From assembly GCA_963737635.1 (NCBI GenBank), contig CAVTTL010000001.1, positions 1,472,001 to 1,536,000 of the forward strand: a stretch of 64,000 nucleotides of DNA, in the 5' to 3' direction. The position numbers and the translations under genes are program-made. Of this stretch, positions 28,250 to 39,451 are shown in pieces; within the stretch, counting starts at the first letter, position 1; each line of letters begins with the position of its first letter. The notes beneath the pieces are model-generated. The model saw nothing but the letters and a program-made list of their open reading frames with translations, ran no database searches and was not told where the DNA came from. The DNA is from an uncultured Methanoregulaceae archaeon (GTDB lineage Archaea > Halobacteriota > Methanomicrobia > Methanomicrobiales > Methanospirillaceae).

Positions 28250-29707
28250 GTGTCCACGGTTGATTCTTCCGTTAATGATGCCACACAGCAGGATCCGGCT
28301 ATCTGCCGCACGCCGGCACTTCCGGTCACCGGCACGGAAAAACGGATCGTTCTCCTGATCGCTATCCTTTCCGGTTTTCTCACACCGTTTGATGGATCGG
28401 CAGTCAATATCGCGCTTCCCACGATCGGCTCCGCATTCCACATGGACGCGATCTCCCTCTCGTGGGTGGCTACTGCATATCTTCTTGCATCCGCATTGTT
28501 CCTTGTCCCGTTCGGGAAGATTGCAGACATCTGGGGAAGGAAAAAGATCTACCTGTGGGGGATCTGCGTCTTTGGCGCGGCGTCGTTTGTGATGACGCTT
28601 GTCGCGACAGAACAGCAGATGATTTTTGTCCGGGTCATTCAAGGGATCGGCGCTGCCATGATATTTGGCACCGCGATTGCCATCCTGACGGCCGTTTTTC
28701 CCCCGGGAGAACGGGGAAAGGCGCTTGGGATCTATATAACCTCGGTGTACCTGGGACTCTCACTGGGGCCTTTCTTCGGGGGCGCCCTGACTGATATCTT
28801 CGGCTGGCGCAGCATCTTCTACATCAACGTGCCCATTGCTATCGTTGCCGCAATCCTCATCCTCTGGAAGCTGCGGGGAGAATGGGCGGAATGCGTGGGC
28901 GAGAAATTCGACATAACCGGTTCGCTCATCTACAGTGTCGCGCTGGTCGCGCTCATGTACGGGTTCTCCGTACTTCCGGATATTTCCGGGGGCGTGTTTG
29001 TGGTTGCCGGCATTGTCCTGATCGGTGTTTTTGTCTGGTTCGAGCAACGCCTTGAATTCCCGGTCCTGAACATGCAGCTCTTCTTTAAGAGCCGGGTCTT
29101 TGCGTTTTCCAATATCGCCGCCCTGATCAACTATTCCGCCACCTATGCGGTCTCGTTCCTGCTCAGTCTCGATCTCCAGTACACCAAGGGATTTTCGGCT
29201 GAATACGCCGGTTTTATCCTCATTGCCGCCCCGTTTTTCCAGATGATCGTATCCCCCTTTGCTGGCAAGCTTTCGGACCGTTACGATTCCCTGATCCTCT
29301 CATCCCTCGGGATGGGACTGACCGCGTTTGGCCTTTTCCTGTTCATCTTCCTCAATGAAACAACACCGCTTTGGTATATCATCGTCGTGCTTGTCATCCT
29401 TGGTGTCGGCTTTGGGCTCTTTTCGTCCCCGAATATCAACGCCATCATGAGTGCCGTGGACAAGAAGTACTACGGTGTTGCATCAGGAATTAACTCAACC
29501 ATGCGGCTGCTGGGGCAGATGCTCTCGATGGGTATTGCCATGATGATCTTTGCCATTGTCATCGGGCAGGTTGAGATTACCCCTGCAAATTACTCACAGT
29601 TCACGCAAAGCCTGCACTGGGCATTTATCCTCTTTACGGTGATGTGCGTGGCCGGGATCTTTGCCTCCCTTGCCCGGGGAAAGAGAAATGAGCAAAAAAG
29701 TGAATGA
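28250..29707 (+). CDS. MFS transporter, EmrB/QacA (14-TM) type
   Basis: FDGSAVNIALP, GKIADIWGRKK, ERGKALG, GPFFGG; start uncertain. Confidence 0.9.
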   Translation: MSTVDSSVNDATQQDPAICRTPALPVTGTEKRIVLLIAILSGFLTPFDGSAVNIALPTIGSAFHMDAISLSWVATAYLLASALFLVPFGKIADIWGRKKIYLWGICVFGAASFVMTLVATEQQMIFVRVIQGIGAAMIFGTAIAILTAVFPPGERGKALGIYITSVYLGLSLGPFFGGALTDIFGWRSIFYINVPIAIVAAILILWKLRGEWAECVGEKFDITGSLIYSVALVALMYGFSVLPDISGGVFVVAGIVLIGVFVWFEQRLEFPVLNMQLFFKSRVFAFSNIAALINYSATYAVSFLLSLDLQYTKGFSAEYAGFILIAAPFFQMIVSPFAGKLSDRYDSLILSSLGMGLTAFGLFLFIFLNETTPLWYIIVVLVILGVGFGLFSSPNINAIMSAVDKKYYGVASGINSTMRLLGQMLSMGIAMMIFAIVIGQVEITPANYSQFTQSLHWAFILFTVMCVAGIFASLARGKRNEQKSE

Positions 29708-29804
29708 TTAGAAAGGGAAGATCTCACCTTTCAATCCATATTAGACCTTTCTTAAAGAAATGATGTGAGATTCAAAATGTAATCGCAGAGCGTGGGAGCG
29801 TTAT

Positions 29805-31613
29805 CTATGTTTGGAATGAATCCGGTGGCACAGTCAACTCAAACCGTGCGCCTTTACCCGGTTCTCCGGTCTCCCGGATGGTTATGCCAGTCATGTCAAG
29901 GATTTCCTTTGCCAGGAAAAGTCCCATACCAGTGTTCTTGCCAAATCCTTGATTAAAGATCCGTTCTTTCTGCTCTGCAATGACGCCGTCACCGTCATCT
30001 TCGCAGACGATGACATAATTGCTATTGCCGCGCTCTACGAAGAACCGGATAGTGGTGATCTTCCCGCCGTACCGCACTGCGTTATCCATGAGGTTATAGA
30101 AGACCTTCACGATGAGAGGGTCCGCAAACACCTCCGAGCTGAAAGGAATATCGTTCTTCACCACGATCTGGCCGAGCGAGGCTTGTTGTGCCGCAGTTTC
30201 TACAAGTGTGTGGCAATTTTGCCAGAGTGGGGCTTTGACGCCGATCGATTCGTATTCTTTGGTAAACTGGATCATGGCATTAATGCGCTGAATGGCAGTG
30301 GTAAGCTTCTTGAACTGTTGAATGGCGTGGGGATCCTGCTGCTGTTCTTGGAGCAGCGTAATATATGCATCCAGAATGGTGAGCTGGTTATTGATATCGT
30401 GGCGCGTGATGCCGGAGAGGAGGTTGAGCTTCCTGTTCGCCTTATCGAGTGCATCTCCTGACAGTTTGCGTTCAGAAATATCCTCGATCTGGGCAGCAAA
30501 ATAACGGAGGGTGCCTTTTTCATCGCGGATCGTGCTGATCCGGACCGATCCCCAGCGGATGCTGCCGTCTTTCCTGATATACCGTTTTTCCGTACCGTAT
30601 ACCGGAATCGTTCCTGCTATCAGTTCTTCAATATGCCACCTATCACTGGTAAGATGATCCGGATGCACGATATCGTTAAAAGACATCTTCAGCAGTTCTT
30701 TTTCTGAATAGCCGGTAAAATCTACCCATGCCGGGTTGACCGAAAAAAACCGGAAATCGGGTGTGGCAAGAACCATGCCAAGGGGACTGTTCTCGAATAT
30801 CTTTCGGTACCGTTCTTCGCTCTCATGCAATGCCTCATCAGCCTGTTTTCTTTCAGTAACATCGCGGACGATCCCAATCGCACCGCTGATCATACCATGG
30901 GAATCGTAGTTAGGAGAGTAAATGCTTTTTACCCATCCTTTTTTACCGGTGGACGGAATGAAAAATTCGAAATCGGACGACTCTGTAATAATTCCGGACA
31001 AAGCCTTTTTCATCAACACATCATAGCTCGTCTCTTTAAGGAAGGGAAATACCTCAAGCATGATTCTACCCTGGACCTCTGCTGCTTTCAGGCCAGTGAG
31101 GTCTTCCATGAATGGGTTCCAGAGCGTGATCTGCAGATCCCGGTCATATACGATGATCCCCTCTTTTGCCTCAGCAATAACCGTTTTCAGGATTTCCTGG
31201 GATTCTTCCTTCTGGCCCTCAGCCGTTCGCCGCTTCACCGCCATCCGGATCTTATGGGCAAGCTCGGCAAACTGTGATTTTGTTTCCCCGCCTTTCTGGA
31301 CGTAGGAGTCAGCTCCTTTATCGATCGCAAGGATGACTACCTCCTCTCTTCCCCGGCCGGTGAACAAAATGAAAGGAATCGGTCCAAACCGGTTCCGCAC
31401 TTCGATGAGGAACTGGATGCCGTCCATACCAGGCATCTGGTAATCGGAGATAACGGCATCGAAATGTTCCTTTTCCAGCAGCTGTATCGCTTCTGAAGCG
31501 CTCTGTGCGGTCGTTACCTCAAAATCCCCGGATCTTTCAAGGAATAGTGTGCTGATGTCAAGAAAAGTGGATTCATCATCAACACAGAGAACCCGGATTG
31601 CCCCTGCCATCAT
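29805..31613 (-). CDS. Hybrid sensor histidine kinase REC-PAS-PAS-HisKA-HATPase
   Basis: VLCVDDE, ISDYQMP, FTGRGREEV; PAC motifs; TRHDINNQL; NLMDNAVRYG, DDGDG, GMGLFL. Confidence 0.93.
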   Translation of the reverse strand: MMAGAIRVLCVDDESTFLDISTLFLERSGDFEVTTAQSASEAIQLLEKEHFDAVISDYQMPGMDGIQFLIEVRNRFGPIPFILFTGRGREEVVILAIDKGADSYVQKGGETKSQFAELAHKIRMAVKRRTAEGQKEESQEILKTVIAEAKEGIIVYDRDLQITLWNPFMEDLTGLKAAEVQGRIMLEVFPFLKETSYDVLMKKALSGIITESSDFEFFIPSTGKKGWVKSIYSPNYDSHGMISGAIGIVRDVTERKQADEALHESEERYRKIFENSPLGMVLATPDFRFFSVNPAWVDFTGYSEKELLKMSFNDIVHPDHLTSDRWHIEELIAGTIPVYGTEKRYIRKDGSIRWGSVRISTIRDEKGTLRYFAAQIEDISERKLSGDALDKANRKLNLLSGITRHDINNQLTILDAYITLLQEQQQDPHAIQQFKKLTTAIQRINAMIQFTKEYESIGVKAPLWQNCHTLVETAAQQASLGQIVVKNDIPFSSEVFADPLIVKVFYNLMDNAVRYGGKITTIRFFVERGNSNYVIVCEDDGDGVIAEQKERIFNQGFGKNTGMGLFLAKEILDMTGITIRETGEPGKGARFELTVPPDSFQT

Positions 31614-33064
31614 ACACTCCCTGCAACTCGCCATGCTCCTTTTGGAACCACCATTTCGAATCGTGCACCTTTACCTGGTTCGCCTGTCTCTCTGATAGTT
31701 ATACCAGTAATTGAGAGGATCTCCCGGGAGAGGTAAAGTCCAAGTCCGGAATTATTTCCAAATCCTTTATCGAAAATCTGCTCTTTCTCCTCAACAGGTA
31801 TACCCTTACCATCGTCCTCGCATATGATCACAGAAGTATCACCGGATTCCTCTGCAGAGAACCGGATAGTGGTGATCTTCCCGCCGTACCGCACGGCGTT
31901 ATCCATCAGGTTGTAAAAAACTTTGACGATGAGAGAACCCGCGAATACTTCCGCTCCGGCAGGAAGATCGTTTTTCACCGCGACGTGGCCGAGCGGAACC
32001 TGCTGTGCCGCAATGTCTGCGAGTGAGCGGGAGTTTTGCCAGACCGGTGTTGTGATACCGATCGAATCGGATCCTTTGGTGAACTGGATTAGGGAAGAGA
32101 TGCGCTGTGCAGCTGCTGAAGCCTTCCCGGCATATCCACTGAGCCTCGGATCGGGCTGCGTATCTTCGAGAAGGGTGAGGCATCCCTGCAGCGCTGTAAG
32201 CTGGTTATTGATATCATGCCCGGTAATGCTGGAGAGCAGGTTAAACTTCATATGTACCTGCCGAAGAGCATCTTCCGCCCGTTTTCTCTCGGTAACGTCC
32301 TGAATGATACCAATTACTCCAATGATTTTGCCATGAGTATCGTAATTTGGCGAATAGACCCCTTTAACCCAGCCTTTATTTCCTGTGGATGAAATAAAAA
32401 ATTCATAGTCTGACGATTCCGCGGGAGTGCCTGCAAGTGCCTGATTTAGGAGAAGATCGATCCCGTTCTGCTTATGGAAGGGAAATAGTTCAAGTGCATT
32501 TTTTCCCTGTACCTCTGCCGCTTTCAAGCCGGTGAGATCTTCCATGAAACGGTTCCAGAGCGTGATCCTCATATTCCTGTCATAGATAATGATCCCCTCT
32601 TTTGCATCAGCGATCACCGTTCGCAGGAATTTTTCGGATTCCGAGATCTGGTTCTCAGCAGTCCGTCGCGTTACCGCAATCCGGATCTTGTGGGCAAGCT
32701 CGGCAAACTGCGCTTTCGTTTCTCCTCCTTTTTGAACATAGAAGTCGGCTCCATTATCGATCGCAAGAATGACTACCTCTTCTCTTCCCCGTCCGGTAAA
32801 CAAAATAAACGGAATCTCTCCAAGGCGCTTCCTCACTTCCACGAGGAACTGAATGCCATCTGTACCGGGCATCTGGTAATCGGAGATAATGGCATCAAAA
32901 TGGCTCTTTTCGAGTAACTGCAGTCCGTCAGAGGCGCTCAGTGCAGTTGTTACCACAAATTCTCCGGATTTTTCGAGAAATACTGTACAGATATCAAGGA
33001 GTGTGGCTTCGTCATCAACACAGAGGACGTGATATTTTGCGGTTTTCTTACTATGAGCCGGCAT
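31610..33064 (-). CDS. Hybrid sensor histidine kinase REC-PAS-HisKA-HATPase (paralog of the adjacent gene)
   Basis: Same motif set; TGHDINNQL; ATGA overlap with the next kinase. Confidence 0.93.
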   Translation of the reverse strand: MPAHSKKTAKYHVLCVDDEATLLDICTVFLEKSGEFVVTTALSASDGLQLLEKSHFDAIISDYQMPGTDGIQFLVEVRKRLGEIPFILFTGRGREEVVILAIDNGADFYVQKGGETKAQFAELAHKIRIAVTRRTAENQISESEKFLRTVIADAKEGIIIYDRNMRITLWNRFMEDLTGLKAAEVQGKNALELFPFHKQNGIDLLLNQALAGTPAESSDYEFFISSTGNKGWVKGVYSPNYDTHGKIIGVIGIIQDVTERKRAEDALRQVHMKFNLLSSITGHDINNQLTALQGCLTLLEDTQPDPRLSGYAGKASAAAQRISSLIQFTKGSDSIGITTPVWQNSRSLADIAAQQVPLGHVAVKNDLPAGAEVFAGSLIVKVFYNLMDNAVRYGGKITTIRFSAEESGDTSVIICEDDGKGIPVEEKEQIFDKGFGNNSGLGLYLSREILSITGITIRETGEPGKGARFEMVVPKGAWRVAGSV

Positions 33065-33406
33065 CGCTAGTCTTCCCTTCTGGATTAATAGTCTTTGATC
33101 GTTTTCCATCAGTTGTAGTACCCTGGCATTTACCTGTAGGAAACGGAAAACCCCATACATTATGGAGGAAATCAGCCGATAAGCTGCTGTGGGGTCATGA
33201 TAAGGTGCTGCCCCGGGTGATCTCCTCGGCCACTCAAGATTGGTATATGTACTCTCGCCCTCCCCGTAAATATATATTTTTCTTGAGAACTCTAGATAAA
33301 AGGAAAAAATATATTTTCCAAGAATAGTGCATCAATAAAACTAAAAAAAAGCCGGTCGGGATCATTTCCCGCAGATTCCGATGCAGAATGCACCATTGGC
33401 GAAAAA

Positions 33407-35107
33407 TTACGCGGTCTTGATATTTTCCGCTGCTTCAAGGCCGAGTTTCTTTATAGACTCATCCCGCATCACAAATTTCTGGATCTTGCCGGTCACGCTC
33501 ATGGGGAAATCGTCCACGAAAAGAACATAGCGCGGGATCTTGAAGTGGGCGATCTTTCCTTTGCAGAAGTCTTTTACGTCCTGCTCGGTCATGGTCAGAC
33601 CCGGTTTCATCTTCACCCATGCGCACAGCTCCTCGCCATACTTAATATCCGGCACTCCAACCACGTACACATCCGCGATCTTCTCGTTGTGGTGGAGGAA
33701 CTCCTCGATCTCCCTCGGATAGATATTTTCGCCGCCCCGGATGACCATGTCCTTTAACCGGCCGACGATCTTGAAATATCCCTCTTCGTCCATCGTGGCG
33801 AGGTCTCCGGTATGGTTCCAGTGGTCCTTGTCAAGCGTGGCATGGGTCGCCGACGGGTTGTTGTAATAGCATTTCATCACGCAGTACCCGCGGGCACAGA
33901 TCTCGCCGATCTCTCCCGTTGGCACAATCTTACCCGTCTTTGGGTCGACGATCTTGAGTTCGGTGTGGGGGAACGCCCGGCCGATCGTGGTGACGCGGCG
34001 CTCGACCGGGTCCTTGGTAGTCGTCATCGTAACGCCCGGTGAGGTCTCGGTCTGGCCGTACACGATCACGATCTCGCTCATGTGCATCTTGGTATTGACT
34101 TCCTTCATCACTTCGATCGGGCAAGGGGAGCCGGCCATGATGCCGGTCCGGAGGGATGTGAGGTTGTACTTCGGGAAATTGGGATGGGTGAGCTCGGAAA
34201 TAAACATCGTGGGAACGCCATGAACCGCGGTGCAGCATTCCTTCTCTACGGTCCTTAAGACCTCCTCCGCATCGAAGGTGGGAGCGGGAAGCACCATGGT
34301 CGAGCCGTGGGTGGCGCAGGCCATGTTGGAGAGGACCATGCCGAAGCAGTGATAGAAGGGCACCGGGATACAGAGCCGGTCTTTCTCCGTAAATCCCATC
34401 CCCTCGCCGATGATATAGCCGTTGTTGAGGACGCCGTGATGGGTGAGCACGACGCCTTTGGGAAAGCCGGTGGTGCCGCTGGTGTACTGGATGTTGATGG
34501 GGTCGTCAAAGGAAAGGGCTTCTCCCCGCTCCTGGACTTCGTCCATGGTGATCTCCCCTGCTTTTTTCATGAGTTCGTCCCACGTGAACATACCGTTGTA
34601 CGGGATTTCGCCCATGAAAATGACGTTTCTCAAAAACGGGAACTTCTCCGAGGATATCCGTCCAGGCTTCTGTTCCCATGCCTCAGGGCAGGCCTCAAAG
34701 AACATCCCGACGTAATCCGAGGTCTTGAACCGGCCCTGCAGGATGAGGGTCTGGATCTCGGACTGCTTAAGGACGTACTCGAGCTCATACGTGCGATAGG
34801 CAGGGTTAATGTTGACCATGATCGCCCCGATCTTTGCAGTGGCAAACTGGATCACGATCCAGTCGGCATGGTTCATCGCCCAGATGCCGACCCGGTCGCC
34901 TTTTTCCACTCCCATGCCCATGAGGCCCCGAGCCACCAGGTTGATCCGTTCGAGGAATTCCCGGTAGGTCCAGCGTATGTTCTCGTGGACCGAGACGATC
35001 GCCTCGTTGTCCGGGTATCTGGCCGCGATATGATCGATCATCTCACCCATCGTCATTCCCAGCAGGGGAAATTCCGATGTCCCGCACGTATAACTGCCCT
35101 TTTCCAT
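33407..35107 (-). CDS. AMP-dependent acyl-CoA synthetase
   Basis: [50 protein letters not shown]. Confidence 0.93.
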   Translation of the reverse strand: MEKGSYTCGTSEFPLLGMTMGEMIDHIAARYPDNEAIVSVHENIRWTYREFLERINLVARGLMGMGVEKGDRVGIWAMNHADWIVIQFATAKIGAIMVNINPAYRTYELEYVLKQSEIQTLILQGRFKTSDYVGMFFEACPEAWEQKPGRISSEKFPFLRNVIFMGEIPYNGMFTWDELMKKAGEITMDEVQERGEALSFDDPINIQYTSGTTGFPKGVVLTHHGVLNNGYIIGEGMGFTEKDRLCIPVPFYHCFGMVLSNMACATHGSTMVLPAPTFDAEEVLRTVEKECCTAVHGVPTMFISELTHPNFPKYNLTSLRTGIMAGSPCPIEVMKEVNTKMHMSEIVIVYGQTETSPGVTMTTTKDPVERRVTTIGRAFPHTELKIVDPKTGKIVPTGEIGEICARGYCVMKCYYNNPSATHATLDKDHWNHTGDLATMDEEGYFKIVGRLKDMVIRGGENIYPREIEEFLHHNEKIADVYVVGVPDIKYGEELCAWVKMKPGLTMTEQDVKDFCKGKIAHFKIPRYVLFVDDFPMSVTGKIQKFVMRDESIKKLGLEAAENIKTA

Positions 35108-35264
35108 CGTAAAAGTATGGAGTAATGGCAGGATATATCATTAATGCATTCGATCCCGGCGGCATGCCCGGGCTGACCCGTGCATTCTTATAAGGAAAAC
35201 CATTAAATTTCGTCAACGCGACTTTGTATAGTCAAGGGAGCATTGAGGCTTTCCTGACGTATGA

Positions 35265-35434
35265 GGGGTTGTGGCCAAGCCCGGAATGGCGACGGGCTCC
35301 AGCGGTCTTTGCGTTCTTTCGTGCTCGCAGATGATGAACAATGGGTCTCCTGAGAGATTCGATGATGACCCGTTGGAGCACTGATGCATGTCGGAGAGAC
35401 CCGTCGATCGTGAGTTCAAATCTCACCAACCCCA
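35265..35434 (+). tRNA. tRNA-Trp(CCA) with 96-nt intron (35303..35398)
   Basis: Acceptor GGGGTTG/CAACCCC-A; spliced anticodon arm ACGGG-CTCCAGA-CCCGT; bulge-helix-bulge CTCC/GGAG. Confidence 0.93.
35303..35398 (+). ncRNA. Intron-encoded box C/D guide RNA
   Basis: C ATGATGA 35331, D' CTGA 35350, C' ATGATGA 35362, D CTGA 35381; guides complementary to the host tRNA. Confidence 0.9.
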
Positions 35435-35486
35435 CGTTTTCTCGTATGTTCTTCTCACGAGCGAAGCGTACTGCCACAGATCTTTT

Positions 35487-36304
35487 ATGAACCGGCGTAC
35501 CAATCCATTACCACGGGTCACGAGACTGCATGTAGTCGATGCCTTCACCGGTTCCCCGTTTCACGGAAATTCTGCCGGTGTCTGCGTCCTTGACGGCCCG
35601 GCCGATCCCGGGTGGATGCAGCAGGTTGCCGCCGAACTGAAACATTCGGAGACAGCGTTTCTCCGTCCCGGCTCCGGTACATGGAACCTGCGGTGGTTAC
35701 CCCGGAACAGGAAGGTGATCTCTGCGGCCATGCAACGCTTGCCGCAGCCTTCGTGCTCTGGGAGACCAACCGAGTGGCGCAGGCAGACTGCTATAACCTT
35801 TGAAACACTCTCCGGGAAGCTTTCCGCCTCCCGGGAAGGAAAATGGATCCTGCTTGACTTCCCCGCCGATCCTGCCCGGGAGATCCCACCGGTGCCCGGG
35901 CTCGAACAGGCGCTGGGAGCGGCACCGGCCTTTGTCGGGAAGGATCGTTTTGACCTGCTCGTTGAGCTTCCAACCGCATCGGACGTATGTGATTGTGAAC
36001 CTGATCTGGCTGCCCTTGCCGCGATTCCCGTGCGGGGCGTCATCGTCGCCGCAGCCTCAGATCTCAGGGACGTCGATTTTGTCTTCCGGTTTTTTGCACC
36101 CGCTGTTGGCGTCCCGGAAGACCCGGTGACCGGTTCTGCCCACTGCTGCCTCGGGCCGTACTGGGGAGAGAAACTGGGAAAGACCGAACTTCCCGGGTTC
36201 CAGTGTTCTGCCCGGGGAGGGACGGTGAACGTCAGCTCGCCGGCGACCGGGTGATCCTGTGCGGGCATGCGGTACGGGTCTTCTCCGGGCAGCTGCTGGT
36301 GTAA
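35487..36304 (+). CDS. PhzF-family isomerase-like protein, frameshifts near 35697, 35787 and 36235
   Basis: VDAFTGSPFHGN, SETAF, DLCGHATLAAA (other frame), EDPVTGSAHC, SARGG. Confidence 0.85.
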
Positions 36305-36385
36305 AATCGCCGGTTGCTGGGGCATTTTCCGCGTAATCTTATCATGGTTGACGGTCACATAAGTAACCGGAGATAAGAGATTCGC

Positions 36386-37567
36386 ATGTATCTTGTCGGA
36401 GAAGCACTCATCGGCGAAGGCGCGGAACTTGCGCACATCGACCTGTTGCTGGGAAACAAGGAAGGCCCGATTGGATCCGCTTTTGCAAACGCGGTATCCC
36501 AGTTGTCTATGGGGCACACCCCGCTTTTAGCGGTCGTCCGCCCGAACCTGCTCACCAAGCCCGCTACCGTGATTATTCCGAAGGTAACGTTAAAAGGCAT
36601 GGAGCAGGTCAACGAGATGTTCGGACCTGTCCAGGCAGCAGTCGCAAAGGCAGTTGCCGACAGCCTTGAGGAAGGTGTTTTTGCAAATGTCGATATCGAG
36701 GATATCGCCATTATTGCATCGGCATTTGTTCACCCGGACGCGAAGGACTACAACCGGATCTACCGGTACAACTACGGCGCGACCAAGCTTGCCCTCCGTC
36801 GGGCGCTTGATAAGTTCCCGGACGAGAAGACCCTTGTGTACGAGAAGGACCGGGCAGCGCATGGTATCATGGGATTCAAGGTGCAGCGCCTCTGGGACCC
36901 GCCGTACCTGCAGGTGGCGATGGACCTCGTGGATATGGTTAAAGTCGCCCAAGTCTTGAAGGAAGTGCCGCAGAACGATCACGTGATCATCGAGGCAGGA
37001 ACGCCGCTTATCAAGAAGTTCGGGCTTTCCGTCATCGGCGAGATCCGGAAGCTGCGCCCCAATGCGTTTATTATCGCTGACCTGAAGATCCTCGATACCG
37101 GCAACCTTGAAGCACGGATGGCGGCCGACGCAACCGCAGATGCGGTTGTGGTCTCGGGCCTTGCCCCGACCTCTACTATTGAGAAGGCGATCGCAGAGGC
37201 GAAGAAGGTCGGTATCTACTCGATCATTGATATGCTTAACGTACAGAACCCGGCAAAACTCATCGAGAAGCTGAAAGTGAAACCGGATATTGTTGAACTC
37301 CACCGGGCGATTGACACCGAGGACACTGCCCACGCGTGGGGCGATATTGCCGCGATGAAGAAAGCAGCGGGCGGGAAACTGCTCGTTGCAACCGCCGGCG
37401 GTATCCGGGTCGATGTCATCAAGGACGCTCTCAAGGCTGGTGCGGATATTCTTGTGGTTGGTCGGGGTATTACGGCAAGCAAGGACATCGAGCATGCGAC
37501 CGATGAATTCCTTGACCAGCTCAACCGGGAAGAGATCGACCAGTTCCGGATTATGACTGATTTCTAA
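36386..37567 (+). CDS. fae-hps: Bifunctional formaldehyde-activating enzyme / 3-hexulose-6-phosphate synthase
   Basis: Fae N-terminus VGEALIGEGAELAHIDL..YNYGATKLA; HPS LQVAMD, IEAGTPLIK, DLKILDTG, AGGI, VVGR. Confidence 0.95.
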   Translation: MYLVGEALIGEGAELAHIDLLLGNKEGPIGSAFANAVSQLSMGHTPLLAVVRPNLLTKPATVIIPKVTLKGMEQVNEMFGPVQAAVAKAVADSLEEGVFANVDIEDIAIIASAFVHPDAKDYNRIYRYNYGATKLALRRALDKFPDEKTLVYEKDRAAHGIMGFKVQRLWDPPYLQVAMDLVDMVKVAQVLKEVPQNDHVIIEAGTPLIKKFGLSVIGEIRKLRPNAFIIADLKILDTGNLEARMAADATADAVVVSGLAPTSTIEKAIAEAKKVGIYSIIDMLNVQNPAKLIEKLKVKPDIVELHRAIDTEDTAHAWGDIAAMKKAAGGKLLVATAGGIRVDVIKDALKAGADILVVGRGITASKDIEHATDEFLDQLNREEIDQFRIMTDF

Positions 37568-37847
37568 ATACAGCAGAATTACTCTTTTTTTAGGATGCAA
37601 TTAAGTTAGAAGCCCGGTCGGCGCACTATGCATTGATGTTCGAGGCACCCCTATCAGTGAAGATCATAAAACAGATGATGATGGCTGTTCATCAGTTGAA
37701 ATTTAGCTGTGTTTGGCGAGTAATATCGTCAATTTTTTATTGTGAATTGAACAGTCATAAATATGGAGAAAATTGACGCAGAACGATTTTTCAGCAGTAT
37801 CCTCAATATTCAAATTTCAACGAATTAAAAAATGCAGAAATTTGATA

Positions 37848-38189
37848 ATGCCAATTACTTATCAAAAAGCATTTTCAGATGATCAAATGATATCCAAAAA
37901 TACGTCATCTGATTACAATGTCAATTGCTTATTTTATTCGGACAATCAAGAAATTCTTTGGCAATTTTTAAAGGAATCTTATATTCCCGATTATGAAAAA
38001 ATGGCTCAGTTTGGAACAATTGTAGTATCATCAATTTCTGCTTTAATTAAACTTTATGAGATATTGAAAGATAAAAAACCACATGGAATATTTAAAGTTG
38101 AAATCGTTAGATTACTTAATAAACATCAGTTTTATGAAATACAGGGATTTGAAGGAGAAATTGGTGATTTTGAAAAAATGATTGAATAA
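37848..38189 (+). CDS. AT-rich hypothetical protein
   Basis: 113-aa ORF in very AT-rich DNA; no recognised motif. Confidence 0.5.
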   Translation: MPITYQKAFSDDQMISKNTSSDYNVNCLFYSDNQEILWQFLKESYIPDYEKMAQFGTIVVSSISALIKLYEILKDKKPHGIFKVEIVRLLNKHQFYEIQGFEGEIGDFEKMIE

Positions 38190-38572
38190 CTAAACCAAGT
38201 CATATTTTCGTTCGGCCGGGCATCAACTGAAAGAATACGATGCATTAGCTCAGTCACACCTGCAGCGATTATCCGGTCTGCCAGAGAGTCTTTTACGATG
38301 CGCAGATCTGCGCAAGATCGTGTACTACCCTACCGTAGAACCCCCAAAAACCCGCGGTTGCATCTCTTTTTAGGAGAATACGTCTGGAGATACAATCATC
38401 GATCAGATCCAGAAAGGATAAAAATGCAGAGAATCATTCAACTGTTAGAGAAAATTAGGTGTTAAACTGGTAGTTTACCCTTCAATTATAATAAAATGTT
38501 CAAATCCACCTGAACAAAAGATCAATGAAACATTATATCCTGCATCCAAGGCATATTCTGAAAGGCAAGAAA

Positions 38573-39393
38573 ATGAGCGAAATTGACTGGGACACGCCGG
38601 ATATTGCGGTGCGGTACGACAAGAATTGCGATCACCAGTACCTGAAAGGGCAGTCACTGGTGGAAATGATGGGGATTTCCAACGGCGATACCGTTCTCGA
38701 TGTAGGATGTGGGACCGGCCGGCAGGCCGTCTATGTCTCTGGGATTATCGGATCATCCGGACGGCTCACAGGCATCGATCCTTCTTCGCATCGCATTGAA
38801 CTTGCTCAAGAAAAATTCGCCAGAGATCCAAAAGGGAATGCCAGGTTTCTGGTGGGACAGGCGGAAGACCTGAGTAGCGTACCGCTCAGTCAATTGACCA
38901 CGCATATTTCTGTTCCTCATTCCACTGGATTGATGACAAACCGCGGGCACTTAGGGAGATATTCCGGGTGCTGAAACCGGGTGGAAAGGTGGGGATGACC
39001 ACGCTCGACCGGGACAGCCCGCATATCATGAGGGGGATCGTGGATACCATTCTGGAGAAATATCAGGTGAAACGGACATATGAACGACAGGGTGGTAAGA
39101 AACGAGTCACCGCACCGGAACTCCGCGATCTTCTGTCGGGCGCCGGTTTTACCGATATTATCATTGAGCCACGAAACGTTCCCCGGCAGTATGGCTCACC
39201 GGAGGATGTCCTGAACCACCTTGGGATGCAAGGTGGGCCGGACTATCTGTTGAAGGGTCTCCCTGAAGATACCCGGCAAAAGATCATGGTCGAGATTACC
39301 GGTGAACTCAGAAAGAGACAGGGGCCGGACGGTATGGGGTTTGGGAATGTTACGCTGTTTGCGGTAGCGACAAAGCCAAAAGAAAATCTATGA
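38573..39393 (+). CDS. Class I SAM-dependent methyltransferase, one frameshift near 38886
   Basis: VLDVGCGTG, GIDPS, GQAEDL, then IDHAYFCSSFHW..LREIFRVLKPGG in the next frame. Confidence 0.85.
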
Positions 39394-39451
39394 AAAGGAA
39401 GTCTCATTTTTTGTTATTAAAAAAAGGGTGAGTCGATACGCGAGATCCCGT

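Noticed and set aside
37670-37700. ATGATGA as a standalone box C/D RNA
   Set aside because: No properly spaced CTGA D'/D boxes
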